A stretch of DNA of 64,000 nt from Planctomycetes bacterium GWF2_41_51 (GCA_001825665.1 MHXZ01000042.1:35599-99598), one strand, 5' to 3'. Positions 20,518 to 30,324 are shown, counted from the stretch's first letter. Numbers and translations: made by a program. The notes: generated from the sequence alone by a model not told the origin.

Positions 20518-20935
20518 TTACGCGATTCCTACCGTATTGAATGAGAATTAAAATGGAAGAAACGATATAAACAATGACCATTCCGCCGAAAAGTAACAGC
20601 GGCAACCCGAATTCCTTGAGATCTTCAGGCGAAAAAAGCATAAGAAATGCCGTACCCGCAAGACAGAGCCATAAGTAAGACGCTACGAAACCTCCTAATG
20701 CCGCAGTTCTATTTATTAGTTTGTCTCTTTCATCGAATGTTACCGCCCCCGAATCTTTTTTAAATATCAGCGGCGAAAAAGCCCCCAATGCACCAATACT
20801 TATAAATGCGAAACCTACCCGCGCTTTAGGCCAGCCAAAAAGATTGTAAAGAACTGCAATAGCAATAATAGTCAGCACAGAAGCGATACCAAAAGTGATA
20901 AGGTTAAAAACCGCCATTTTTTGTATCCTATTCAT
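20510..20935 (-). CDS. 4-TM membrane protein co-transcribed with the XRE regulator
   Basis: Four hydrophobic segments. Its stop overlaps the XRE gene start by 8 nt. Confidence 0.6.
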   Translation of the reverse strand: MNRIQKMAVFNLITFGIASVLTIIAIAVLYNLFGWPKARVGFAFISIGALGAFSPLIFKKDSGAVTFDERDKLINRTAALGGFVASYLWLCLAGTAFLMLFSPEDLKEFGLPLLLFGGMVIVYIVSSILILIQYGRNRVNG

Positions 20936-20959
20936 AAATAACTCCTTAAAACCAGCTAA

Positions 20960-20977
20960 TGTAATTTATATATTACA
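20960..20977. promoter_or_regulatory. Inverted repeat TGTAAT-6 nt-ATTACA, candidate operator of the XRE operon
   Basis: Lies 25 nt upstream of the membrane-protein start. Related TTACATTA words follow at about 20994 and 21015. Confidence 0.3.
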
Positions 20978-21127
20978 ATATGTACGCTATGGCTTACATT
21001 ATGTCAAGTAAATGTTACATTAGTTTTTAAGAATCGCTTTTTCAGTATTGAAAATGAGGAATTTGCCTATATTTGAACACTTGAATTATGGTAATTTGGC
21101 ATAGTTTGGTTTTAAGGAATAATGATT

Positions 21128-21379
21128 ATGTGTCAGTCATGCGGTTGTTCACCGTGCAAGAAATGCGGAATGCCGATAGAAAAAGGAGTTTGCAGCGGCT
21201 GCAAAAAGAAAGCTCAGAATGTATTTGCAGAGAAAAAGACAGAAAAGGCAAAAAATAAAAGACCGACTTTTAAGCAAAATCGGCCTTTCAGCACCGTTAA
21301 ACTAATTATAGTCCGCCGTCAAAAACGTACCGGCCTGCGCTATTATCTTTGCGAACCGCCAAATTATGTTTTTTGGTAG
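21128..21379 (+). CDS. Cys-rich/Lys-rich small ORF (MCQSCGCSPCKKCGMPIEKGVCSGCKKK...)
   Basis: AAGGA lies 9 nt before ATG 21128. There are seven Cys in the first 25 residues, then a basic tail. The 3' part overlaps the convergent anti-sigma gene and crosses a hairpin, so the true C-terminus is uncertain. Confidence 0.35.
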   Translation: MCQSCGCSPCKKCGMPIEKGVCSGCKKKAQNVFAEKKTEKAKNKRPTFKQNRPFSTVKLIIVRRQKRTGLRYYLCEPPNYVFW

Positions 21380-22673
21380 TACCATTTTTGAATTTAATCT
21401 CATAGGGTACAAACCAGCCGGGATAAATTCCAGACTGAAACGGCTCACCAAGTGAAATCACATCCAAGCCGCCAAGGTATGTTTTTAATCTTTCGTCCAC
21501 TGCTGACATCGGCCAGAATTTCAAAAACTCATCCCAATCCTCATTCGAGCAAGCCTCAAAAAATGCTGACGCCATTTCCTTTGGTTTCATATTCTGGTAC
21601 TTATCAGACAACACCTGCGGTTCTTTAAATGCTACAGTATTTGCAGGCAGTTCGACGATAAAAATATTATCATTGATTTCAGGAGCGTAATTTATTTCTA
21701 TTGTTTCAAAAACAAGAACATCTTTTTGATCCGAATGCACAACTATTTCAAATTTCTCAAGATTTTTTGTTTCAGTATCAAAATAATAAATATTGGTTCG
21801 ATCAGAATCATTGAGAAACGAATTTTTGAGATAATCATTTTTGTAATCGCCTTGAGCAGGAATATATATTTCAAGAATGGTTTTATCTCTGTCTTCTATT
21901 GTCTGATGACTAAGCAGCGATTCACTTTTTGGATTTTTGGTAACATATTCATATTCACTTTCAAGAAGATTTTTTACATCGGCGATTTTGCCAAACCAAT
22001 CACAATCATAACCTCTGATTTGCGAAGATGGACCAAAGCTGCTGACGAAATTAGGTTTGATAAAAAGCGTAGTTGTGTTTCCATCCATAACAATGAGTCT
22101 TCCCGGTTTTTCTATTTTCCATTTTACACTGCCATCGGGATAAACTTTTTTCCATAATTCAATTGGAACAAAATCAAAATCAAGTTTTATTAACGAAAAA
22201 TTGTCTGCGGGCAAAGTTCTCATTTGTGCTTTTATATGAATAGAATCTATCGCTGACACTGTTTTAATGGCTTCTGCAAGCACCTGGTTTGCGAAAGCTG
22301 CCGATGTGGATTTGTTTAATAATGTTATTCCTAAACCCGCAGCGATTACTATTACTGCGGCCAGAGTAAATTTTGTTATTCTGCTTTTCATAATTTTCCT
22401 CACAATCTCAAGCCGACGATTTATCCGTTCAACTTGTTTTAATTTTTTATTTTGCTCACAAATTATTTGGTTTAATACTTGATTTTCAATACTGATAACG
22501 CCGATTTTTTGTGCCTCTGATTTAAATCGTTGATTAATCGAATTTATTTGCTGATATTCATTTTTGCATAGGGAGCAATTTTTCAGATGGGATTCGAACT
22601 GAAATTTTTGTTCTTCAGTTAACAATCCTTCTATATAATCAACAATTAATTCTCTAATTTCTGTGCATATCAT
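21306..22673 (-). CDS. Anti-sigma factor (zf-HC2, single TM, large periplasmic domain)
   Basis: N-terminal CTEIRELIVDYIEG...HLKNCSLCKNEY is a zf-HC2 motif. A TM segment sits at about residue 100. The start overlaps the sigma gene stop (ATGA). Confidence 0.8.
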   Translation of the reverse strand: MICTEIRELIVDYIEGLLTEEQKFQFESHLKNCSLCKNEYQQINSINQRFKSEAQKIGVISIENQVLNQIICEQNKKLKQVERINRRLEIVRKIMKSRITKFTLAAVIVIAAGLGITLLNKSTSAAFANQVLAEAIKTVSAIDSIHIKAQMRTLPADNFSLIKLDFDFVPIELWKKVYPDGSVKWKIEKPGRLIVMDGNTTTLFIKPNFVSSFGPSSQIRGYDCDWFGKIADVKNLLESEYEYVTKNPKSESLLSHQTIEDRDKTILEIYIPAQGDYKNDYLKNSFLNDSDRTNIYYFDTETKNLEKFEIVVHSDQKDVLVFETIEINYAPEINDNIFIVELPANTVAFKEPQVLSDKYQNMKPKEMASAFFEACSNEDWDEFLKFWPMSAVDERLKTYLGGLDVISLGEPFQSGIYPGWFVPYEIKFKNGTTKKHNLAVRKDNSAGRYVFDGGL

Positions 22674-23185
22674 TTCTTCACCTCAAGCAATTTCCTTAAT
22701 TGGCTGTAAGCCCTTGAAAGTGTTTTTGTTACTGAACCGATCGGCATGTCGAGATTTTCAGCTATTTGCTGACAAGATTGATTGGCATAAAACCGCAGCA
22801 GAAGAATTTCTCTATAAGAATCGGGAAGCTGTGCAAATGCCCGCTGCAATTCGAAATCATCTTCTGTATTCTGTTCTTTTGTTTGTGGTTCCGTTGAACT
22901 ATCCAATTCAGCAAAATCTGCTTTGTTTCTCAACTGTTCTTTAGCAACATTTTTTGCTATGCCCAGAAGCCAGCAAGGAAATGACTCGAGTTTTTTTAGG
23001 TCCGATAAATTGAAATACGCCCGGACAAACGTTTCCTGTACCGCTTCTTCAGCATTAGTTTTATTGCCTAATTTACTTGTCAAATAAGCAGTTACGGCAG
23101 ATTGATAGCGCCTGACCAGATGCCTGAATTCATCCGGCCTACCATCTAAACACTGCTGTATTAAGGATTTATCGCTTTCAACCAT
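22670..23185 (-). CDS. ECF-type RNA polymerase sigma-70 factor
   Basis: Region 2 (AEEAVQETFVRAY) and region 4 (YREILLLRFYANQSCQQIAENLDMPIGSVTKTLSRA). Confidence 0.9.
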   Translation of the reverse strand: MVESDKSLIQQCLDGRPDEFRHLVRRYQSAVTAYLTSKLGNKTNAEEAVQETFVRAYFNLSDLKKLESFPCWLLGIAKNVAKEQLRNKADFAELDSSTEPQTKEQNTEDDFELQRAFAQLPDSYREILLLRFYANQSCQQIAENLDMPIGSVTKTLSRAYSQLRKLLEVKK

Positions 23186-23216
23186 TCCGTAATCTCAGTA
23201 CAAGCATCGAAAAATC

Positions 23217-23297
23217 GTCATTTCGACCGTAATCCCCGATTTATCGGGATGAATGGAGAAATCTTTTAATAGATTCCTCGACTTCGCTCGGCATGAC
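23217..23297 (-). other. Three-way-junction-like structured element in the ECF sigma leader/promoter region
   Basis: An imperfect outer stem (gtcatttcgaccg / cgctcggcatgac) encloses two hairpins at 23232-23250 (ATCCCCGAT-ttat-CGGGAT) and 23256-23279 (GAGAAATCT-tttaat-AGATTCCTC). Confidence 0.3.
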
Positions 23298-23347
23298 ATT
23301 AAAAACTCGAGTTCTACTATATAGTGCAGGTAAACTTTGATTTGCGA

Positions 23348-23383
23348 CAAAAAAATAAAAAAGGCCGATTAATCAAATCGACC
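23348..23383 (-). terminator. Rho-independent terminator of xylA
   Basis: On the minus strand GGTCGATT-loop-AATCGGCC is followed by TTTTTTATTTTTTT. Confidence 0.7.
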
Positions 23384-23410
23384 TTTATTTTCAAACGCAT
23401 ATCTATGCGA

Positions 23411-24736
23411 TTAAATATAATCATTGAGCATATTTTCGAGCAATTCCTGTCTGCCGCTTTGCAGTTTCGGTTCGCCGTTATCAAAAGTATATTTTTCGAG
23501 TTGCCCAAAATCCATTTTACCATTCTCAATTTTTTTGCCGATTCCATTGTCCCAGCCGGCATATCGCTTCTGTATCATCTTTTTGAATTTACCATCTTTA
23601 ATTATATTAGCTGCAATTCTCAATCCTCTTGCGAAAACATCCATCGCGCCGATATGTGCGTAGAATAAATCTTCCGGTTCAATCGATTGCCTGCGGACGT
23701 GAGCATCAAAATTCAATCCTCCGGTTGTAAAGCCGCCTCCATTCATTATTATATACATCGCAAGAGTTGTTTCATAAATATCCATGGGGAACTGGTCGGT
23801 ATCCCAGCCAAGGAGCATATCGCCTCTATTTGCATCGACCGAACCGAGAATATTATTATCAACACAATATTGAAGCTCATGCTGAAAACTATGCCCCGCA
23901 AGTGTCGCGTGATTTGCTTCAATATTTAGTTTGAAATAATTTACAAGATCATACTTCTGCAGAAACGCAAAACAGTTTCCTGCATCAAAATCGTATTGAT
24001 GTTTAGTTGGCTCTTTCGGTTTTGGTTCGATATAGAATGGACCTTTGAATCCGATTTTCTTTTTGTAATCGATCGCAATATGGAAAAATTTTGCAAGATG
24101 GTCAAGCTCGCGTTTCATATCCGTATTGAGCAGCATATCATAACCTTCTCTGCCTCCCCAGAAAACATAACCCGTCCCGCCGAGCTCTTTTGTTGCTTCC
24201 ATCGCTTTCTTCACTTGTGCTGCTGCATAAGCAAAGATATCCGGTGAAGGATTAGTTGCAGCCCCTGCCATAAATCTTTTGTTACTGAACAAATTTGCTG
24301 TACCCCATAAGGTTTTTACTCCGGTATCGTTTTGTAATTTCTTAGCGAGCGCAACAATCTGATCGAGATTTTTATTACTCTCAGAAAGGCTGTCTCCTTC
24401 GGGTGCGATATCTCTGTCATGAAAGCACCAAAACTTTACACCAAGTTTTGTAAAAAATTCAAATGCAGCACGCATTGTATTTTCAGCAATTTCCATTTTG
24501 CTGCTGCCTTGCTCATAACTGCGTGAAATACTGCTCGACCCGAATTGATCACTGCCGAGTCCTTTGAATGTATGCCAGTAACAAACAGCGAACCGAAGCT
24601 GCTGCTCCATTGTCTTGCCGAGAATTTTTTCGCCAGGATTGTAATATTTAAATGATAGAGGATTTTTTGATTTTGGTCCTTCGTACTTTATTTGTTCTAC
24701 TTCCGGGAAGAACTCTTTCATACCAATCTCCTTCAA
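23411..24736 (-). CDS. xylA: Xylose isomerase
   Basis: [24 protein letters not shown] and DANRGD signatures; 441 aa. Confidence 0.95.
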   Translation of the reverse strand: MKEIGMKEFFPEVEQIKYEGPKSKNPLSFKYYNPGEKILGKTMEQQLRFAVCYWHTFKGLGSDQFGSSSISRSYEQGSSKMEIAENTMRAAFEFFTKLGVKFWCFHDRDIAPEGDSLSESNKNLDQIVALAKKLQNDTGVKTLWGTANLFSNKRFMAGAATNPSPDIFAYAAAQVKKAMEATKELGGTGYVFWGGREGYDMLLNTDMKRELDHLAKFFHIAIDYKKKIGFKGPFYIEPKPKEPTKHQYDFDAGNCFAFLQKYDLVNYFKLNIEANHATLAGHSFQHELQYCVDNNILGSVDANRGDMLLGWDTDQFPMDIYETTLAMYIIMNGGGFTTGGLNFDAHVRRQSIEPEDLFYAHIGAMDVFARGLRIAANIIKDGKFKKMIQKRYAGWDNGIGKKIENGKMDFGQLEKYTFDNGEPKLQSGRQELLENMLNDYI

Positions 24737-24748
24737 ATGTAATAATAT

Positions 24749-25690
24749 TTAATCTGCATTCACACCGAGCATTTGTGTAATATTATCAAATTCATCGAGA
24801 GAGTAAAACTCAATTATTATCTTTCCGCGCTGACCATTTTTCCTTGCCTGGATATTTACACGTGTTCCGAGTCGCGCGCGAATTCTTTCTTCGAGATCTT
24901 TTATGTTCGAAGGTTTTTCAATTATTTGTTTTTGTATTTTTTCATCACCCGCAGATACTGCAAGTCTTACAAGTCTCTCAACTTCACGAACACTGAGTCG
25001 CCCTGCCAGCGCACGATTCGCCAAACGCTTTCTCAAGTCATCGGTCGGCAGCGCAAGTATTGCCCGCGCATGTCCCATATCAAGTGCACCATCGACAAGC
25101 ATCTGTTTTACTTCCGCCGGCAAATTCAGCAATCTAATATAATTTGCGATTACTGATCTATCCTGTCCAAGTTTTTGGGCTGCCTGTTCCTGGGTCAGAC
25201 TGAATGTTTCCATAAAGCTTTGATATGCCTTTGCCTTTTCAACCGGATTCAAATCAGCCCTGTGAATATTTTCGACAATGGCCAAAGCCAGCATTTCAGT
25301 ATCATCAGTCTTTCTGACCATCGCAGGTATTTTTTTCAGTCCTGCTAATTGTGACGCCCTAAACCGTCTTTCTCCAGCCACAATCTCGTATTTACCATTA
25401 TTTTGCCTTACTATAATAGGTTGCAGGATGCCATTTTCTTTTATAGAGCCTGCTAACTCCTGAAGCTGGTTGTCATTCCAGTTTTTCCTGGGCTGGAAAG
25501 GGTTAGGAACAATGGAATCAAAGTCCAATTCCAGAATGTTTCGTTGTAACTCTTTATCAGGTATATACTTAGGTGCGTTTATTGCGGAGGCGGCATCTAT
25601 ATTATCTTGTACAGTGCTAATCATTGGGCCTAAAAGAGATTCGAGTCCCCTGCCGAGATGTTTTGGCTTTTCCTTGCTTTTTGGTATCAT
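24749..25690 (-). CDS. parB: Chromosome partitioning protein ParB
   Basis: PIIVR...YEIVAGERRFRA ParB box plus an HTH. No parA/soj is adjacent. Confidence 0.9.
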   Translation of the reverse strand: MIPKSKEKPKHLGRGLESLLGPMISTVQDNIDAASAINAPKYIPDKELQRNILELDFDSIVPNPFQPRKNWNDNQLQELAGSIKENGILQPIIVRQNNGKYEIVAGERRFRASQLAGLKKIPAMVRKTDDTEMLALAIVENIHRADLNPVEKAKAYQSFMETFSLTQEQAAQKLGQDRSVIANYIRLLNLPAEVKQMLVDGALDMGHARAILALPTDDLRKRLANRALAGRLSVREVERLVRLAVSAGDEKIQKQIIEKPSNIKDLEERIRARLGTRVNIQARKNGQRGKIIIEFYSLDEFDNITQMLGVNAD

Positions 25691-25882
25691 AATTCGCTCC
25701 TTGAATCAATAGCTTGTATTAATTTATAAAGTTGTTTAAAGGTTTTTTTAACACGAACACGGCATAAATTCCATAAAAATCTATAAAAAGGTCGTAAAAA
25801 CAAGCATTTTATTTGTGAATTTGACGGTTTTTCACAATTTCAAACTAAAGCAGTCCTTAAAAAGCTTGTTTAAGTGTCTCTA

Positions 25883-25898
25883 AGTTCCACGTGAAACA
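25883..25898. promoter_or_regulatory. parS site (AGTTCCACGTGAAACA)
   Basis: 15/16 match to the canonical TGTTNCACGTGAAACA, 193 nt upstream of parB. Confidence 0.75.
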
Positions 25899-26060
25899 TT
25901 GGGTTAAATTTGTGATTTTTGCAAATGAATCAGAAAAGCAGCCGCGAAAAACCGAAAATACCAAAACTTGTATATTACGGAATTTTCAAATAAAATCGGT
26001 CACTAAAAGAGCTAAGTACCGAAATTTGGTAATTCATTTTATATAAGGGATCAAAATTTT

Positions 26061-26076
26061 TGTTTCACTTGGAACA
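26061..26076. promoter_or_regulatory. Second parS-like site (TGTTTCACTTGGAACA; reverse complement TGTTCCAAGTGAAACA)
   Basis: 15/16 match to the consensus when read on the reverse strand. Confidence 0.65.
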
Positions 26077-26325
26077 TTTCGGGTTTGAAAATTACGACCA
26101 TAGCATGTTCCTTAATTATATAACACTAAATTAAATTTATCTCCGAACAAGGCTTTATGGTAGTTACGTAATTATCTAATTTTTACTTTGAATTATATGA
26201 GCAGGGTATAGCTAAAAAATAATAGACCCATCAGGAATCTTTTGTTAAACTGCTCGTTTAAAATTATGTATGCACTCCGATTTTATCGGGCCAAAATTTT
26301 TCGATTTTTTATAAATGGAGTTTAT

Positions 26326-27591
26326 ATGATTACGCCGTTGGAAAAATATGATCCGCAAATTTACGAATTGCTTAGACAGGAAGCCGCTCGTCAAAGCGCA
26401 TGTATCCGTTTGATACCATCAGAAAATTATGTCTCAAAAGCTGTGATGGCTGCAACCGGAAGCTGTCTTACAAATAAATATGCTGAAGGTTATCCCGGCA
26501 AAAGATATTATGAAGGTCAACAGGTAACAGACCTTGTCGAAACTCTTGCAATCGAAAGGGCACAAAAACTTTTTAAAGTTGACCATGCAAATGTTCAGTC
26601 TCATTCCGGTGCTGTTGCAAATCTTGCCGCATATAGCGCAGTCGCTGCGCCCGGCGAAACTATTATGGGACTTGCGCTTCCTTATGGCGGACATTTGAGT
26701 CACGGCTGGAAAGTAAATTTTACAAGCAAAATTTTTAATTCGGTAAGTTATGAACTTGACCCGGTAACAGGGCAGTTTGATTTTAATAAAATCGAAGAGC
26801 TTGCGATGAAACACAAACCAAAAGTTATTATCAGCGGCGCAAGCGCATATCCGAGAATAATTGATTTTAAATCTTTCGGAGAAATTGCTAAAAGAGTCGG
26901 CGCGTATCATTTAAGTGATATCGCGCACATTAGTGGTTTGGTGGTAGCAGGGCTTCATCCAAGTCCCGTCCCTTATGCAGATATTGTTTCAACAACAACA
27001 CATAAAACTTTGCGAGGTCCGCGCGGTGGGATGCTGCTTTGCAAAGCAGGCCTTGCTGATGCTATTGATAAAGCAGTTTTTCCCGGACTTCAGGGCGGTC
27101 CGCACATGCATACAATCAGCGCTCTCGCAGTGGCTCTCAAAGAAGCGGATTCACCGGAGTTTGTTGAATATGCAAAACAAATTATTAAGAACGCAAAAGT
27201 TTTAGCCGATTGTCTACTTGAAAAAGGTTTTAACCTTTTCACCGGCGGTACTGATAATCATTTAATTCTTATCGATCTTAGAAATAAAAATATTCCAGGA
27301 AAAAAATTAGCTAAAGCTCTCGACAGGGCGAGAATCGAAACGAATTACAACACGATTCCCGGCGACCCCGCAAAGCCTTTCAATCCAAACGGTCTTCGCA
27401 TCGGAACGCCTGCGATTACGACAAGAGGAATGAAGGAAGAGCAAATGAAAATTGTCGCGTCACTCATTGCGAGGGTTGCGGAGAATGTGGATAATGAAGA
27501 AGTTATTGCACAGGTGGGCAGAGAATCGCTGCTGTTATGTTCGCAGTTCCCTGTGCCTGAACATTTTATAATGCCGGCCGGAACACATTAA
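26326..27591 (+). CDS. glyA: Serine hydroxymethyltransferase
   Basis: LIPSENY, NKYAEGYPGKRYY and TTTHKTLRGPRGG (PLP lysine) motifs. The start is set at ATG 26326, which follows a GGAG. The track start at 26242 reads through a leader hairpin. Confidence 0.95.
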   Translation: MITPLEKYDPQIYELLRQEAARQSACIRLIPSENYVSKAVMAATGSCLTNKYAEGYPGKRYYEGQQVTDLVETLAIERAQKLFKVDHANVQSHSGAVANLAAYSAVAAPGETIMGLALPYGGHLSHGWKVNFTSKIFNSVSYELDPVTGQFDFNKIEELAMKHKPKVIISGASAYPRIIDFKSFGEIAKRVGAYHLSDIAHISGLVVAGLHPSPVPYADIVSTTTHKTLRGPRGGMLLCKAGLADAIDKAVFPGLQGGPHMHTISALAVALKEADSPEFVEYAKQIIKNAKVLADCLLEKGFNLFTGGTDNHLILIDLRNKNIPGKKLAKALDRARIETNYNTIPGDPAKPFNPNGLRIGTPAITTRGMKEEQMKIVASLIARVAENVDNEEVIAQVGRESLLLCSQFPVPEHFIMPAGTH

Positions 27592-27601
27592 TTCTACGCG
27601 G

Positions 27602-28675
27602 ATGGAATGCTGTATGGATACAGGTAAATTAAAAACCGCCTGCCTTGGCGTTAACGCAAGAACTGTCGGCTTGTTCGAATTGGCCTGCTCGACGGGGCTT
27701 TATGAAATTATTTCCGTTGCGGACAGCAATCTCGCAAACGCAACGCGCGTTTCGCAAATTTATAATTGCACAGCTTTCGATGATTACCGGCAGTTTATTC
27801 TTCAGAATCAGCCGGATGTACTGATTGTTGGAGAGCCTCTTAATAAATGCGGAGAATTTGTAAAAACAGCGATAAATAAAAAATGCAATATTCTCAAACT
27901 CATTCCAACTGCGCCGAATTTCGAACTTGCTTCCGAATTTATAAATCTCGCAAAAAAAAATAAAGTTAAATATGTTACAGCAGTTCCATCGAGATTCGCA
28001 CCTGGTTTTGAACGGCTGGGTGATTACTTAAAGACAGATAACAGCAAGCAATTTTATTTTGTAAATTTGTGCGCATCTTTCGGCAGTGACTTTTTTCAGC
28101 CGATAGCTTCCTACGGGCAGACAGAAGAAAAACTTTCCGGCGGGGGGGTGCTGCTGAATAATTGTTTTGAACTGGTTAGTCTTCTTATCGAAAATCTCTC
28201 ATTGCCGCAACAGATTTATGCATTGATAACAAATCAAAGCCCCGATAAAAAAGCAAAACAATATTTTGCCGAAGATACAGTTACAGCATCAATGGTTTTT
28301 AGAGAAGGTTTGATTGGCACATTTTTGGCTGCCAGGCAAACCGGTAACGGCAGCGTCGCACCGTTGAGAGTTTACGGTTCACAACAAAACATCATCGCAA
28401 CTCCAAATCGTCTTGCTGTTTATGACGGCAGCGATAATTTAATCGCAGAACATAAATATCCGCTTAAAGCTGAAAAATGTATTCTTGAAATGTTTATTGA
28501 TTTCGGCAGGGCACTTCTTGAACCTGATAAATACAAACTGAGAAATAGTGCGCGTCTCGACCTGGCGACAATGGCGCTCATTGAAGCAGCCTATTTGAGC
28601 GCTAAAACAGGGATGCCTGAATTGCCGGGAAGATTTTTTGAAATATCTGAAAAAGAAAAATTCCCATTTGTTTGA
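27602..28675 (+). CDS. Gfo/Idh/MocA-like oxidoreductase (Rossmann glycine motif degenerate)
   Basis: Overall layout and length (357 aa) fit the family. The N-terminal CLGVNARTVG sits where GxGxxG is expected. Confidence 0.45.
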   Translation: MECCMDTGKLKTACLGVNARTVGLFELACSTGLYEIISVADSNLANATRVSQIYNCTAFDDYRQFILQNQPDVLIVGEPLNKCGEFVKTAINKKCNILKLIPTAPNFELASEFINLAKKNKVKYVTAVPSRFAPGFERLGDYLKTDNSKQFYFVNLCASFGSDFFQPIASYGQTEEKLSGGGVLLNNCFELVSLLIENLSLPQQIYALITNQSPDKKAKQYFAEDTVTASMVFREGLIGTFLAARQTGNGSVAPLRVYGSQQNIIATPNRLAVYDGSDNLIAEHKYPLKAEKCILEMFIDFGRALLEPDKYKLRNSARLDLATMALIEAAYLSAKTGMPELPGRFFEISEKEKFPFV

Positions 28676-28679
28676 TGAT

Positions 28680-29426
28680 ATGAAAAATATAATTAAATTT
28701 TTATTCATCGTTCTCTCATCGCAAATTTTATTTCTGAACGGCTGTGCTCAACATAAATTTCAAAACGATAAACTGACTTCTTGTTCAGATCCGATAAATA
28801 CTTACATTGCTGGTGTTTCGGCTAATGGTAAAGAAATTCGTTATACCAAACTCGGAAGCGGTAAAAATATTATTTTGTTCCTCGCATCGATTCACGGCAG
28901 TGAAAGGGCAGGCACACCCTTGCTTAATCATTTTCAGGATTATCTTATAAATAATTGCAGTCTTCTTGCCGGCAAAACAGTAATTATCATCCCTATCGTA
29001 AACCCTGACGGCTTTGAAAAAAAATCAAGATATAATTCCAACAAAGTTGACTTAAACAGGAATTTCCCGGCATATAACAGAGTTAATGATAAGCATAGCG
29101 GAAGTTTTGCTCTTAGCGAACCTGAAAGTTATATATTGTATAAAATTATTAATACATACAAACCTTCACGAGTAATCGCGTTTCACGAAGCGCTTGCCTG
29201 CATTGATTACGATGGGCCGGCTGAGGAGTTGGCGCAGCGATTAGCTGCAAAATGTAAACTGCCCGTTCGCAAACTTGGTGCAAAACCAGGTTCACTTGGT
29301 TCCTATGTCGGCCTTGAACTTAACATACCGATAATCACTGTTGAACTGACCAAAGAGGATTCTAAAAAAAACGAACACGAGCTTTGGAATGATTATAAAA
29401 ATATGCTCATAGAAGCTATTAATTAG
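28680..29426 (+). CDS. M14-family zinc carboxypeptidase (secreted/lipoprotein)
   Basis: SIHGSERAG, NPDGF, DLNRNFP and FHEA motifs. Signal peptide ending LNGC. Confidence 0.75.
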   Translation: MKNIIKFLFIVLSSQILFLNGCAQHKFQNDKLTSCSDPINTYIAGVSANGKEIRYTKLGSGKNIILFLASIHGSERAGTPLLNHFQDYLINNCSLLAGKTVIIIPIVNPDGFEKKSRYNSNKVDLNRNFPAYNRVNDKHSGSFALSEPESYILYKIINTYKPSRVIAFHEALACIDYDGPAEELAQRLAAKCKLPVRKLGAKPGSLGSYVGLELNIPIITVELTKEDSKKNEHELWNDYKNMLIEAIN

Positions 29427-30207
29427 AAGCAATTCTCTTTTCAAGCTTTTCAAGTATATGAGTTTTGACTTTGCGAATATCTTCCGTGTCAGGCAGAGTA
29501 GAAATAATTGTTTCATAAAGTCCGCGTTTTTTAATAATCCGAAGAGTCGCCGTAAAATTTATATCTGAAATCCAGCCGAGTAATCCGAGAATTATATCAT
29601 TAAGTGTTTTGAACTCGTTGTATGAAATTGTTTTATTTTCCAGTACAGCTTTTACAATATGAGCTGAATATGCATCCGTCGCGGGATAACCGAAAATTGA
29701 AAAGCATTTTGCCGGGTCAGTCCGCAATTCATCAACTCTGCTGATCATCACATTATAAATGTCAAGCTTATCCACATCGCGAATAAATTTGGAAAATAAT
29801 TCTATTTCTCCTTTCAATGGCGGCAAATCTTTTTCTCCATGAAAACGGATCGCACTTTCTATTATTTCTTTTTCTCTGCTGTCAAGGCCGTCAAGTATTT
29901 TTTCTTCTGCGATAACTTTCAAACCAAGCAGGCAGTGATTTTCTGTGCCAACATCATTATAGGTGTGATATTTCATATACTGCTCGAATCTTCCGGTATC
30001 GTGCAAAAGAGATATCGCTTCAGCGAGCATTTTCTGTTCGTCATCAAATCCAAGCTCGTCGGCAATGATTATGGTATCAGCACACATCCTGCGTGTGTGG
30101 TCTTCTTTTAATTTAATATTTTCATTAGTCAGCACATCATCGCCGTAAAAACCGGCAACATATCCGTAAAACCATTTCTTCAAATTTTCAAGCTGCTGTT
30201 TCGTCAT
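29419..30207 (-). CDS. HD-domain phosphohydrolase
   Basis: H...LLHDTGRF...RDVDKLD metal-binding pattern. Confidence 0.7.
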   Translation of the reverse strand: MTKQQLENLKKWFYGYVAGFYGDDVLTNENIKLKEDHTRRMCADTIIIADELGFDDEQKMLAEAISLLHDTGRFEQYMKYHTYNDVGTENHCLLGLKVIAEEKILDGLDSREKEIIESAIRFHGEKDLPPLKGEIELFSKFIRDVDKLDIYNVMISRVDELRTDPAKCFSIFGYPATDAYSAHIVKAVLENKTISYNEFKTLNDIILGLLGWISDINFTATLRIIKKRGLYETIISTLPDTEDIRKVKTHILEKLEKRIASN

Positions 30208-30324
30208 TTATAGCTCCAAAAAATTCTGGTGTATAATTTACCGCAAAAAATGGTTATGTTCCATATTTTCTTGAAAATCAATTATCAAAGGTTAAAATAT
30301 ATAAAATAAGAATGGAGCGTCAAA

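Noticed and set aside
21250-21300. Hairpin AGACCGACTTTT-aagc-AAAATCGGCCT as a terminator that would end the second Cys-rich ORF early
   Set aside because: The hairpin is imperfect (one mismatch and one bulge). There is no in-frame stop before it, so it cannot define the ORF end. I kept the ORF to its first stop and lowered the confidence instead.
25691-26325. Calling this spacer oriC
   Set aside because: Only weak DnaA-box-like words are present (TTTTTCACA has 2 mismatches to TTATCCACA, the others 3 or more). No dnaA/dnaN is nearby, and I cannot compute GC skew. I report it as a parS/centromere region only.
26242-26325. 84-nt N-terminal extension of glyA (track start 26242)
   Set aside because: The extension reads through the leader palindrome and is not SHMT-like. 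ATG 26326 has a GGAG RBS and begins the conserved MITPLEKYDP... N-terminus.
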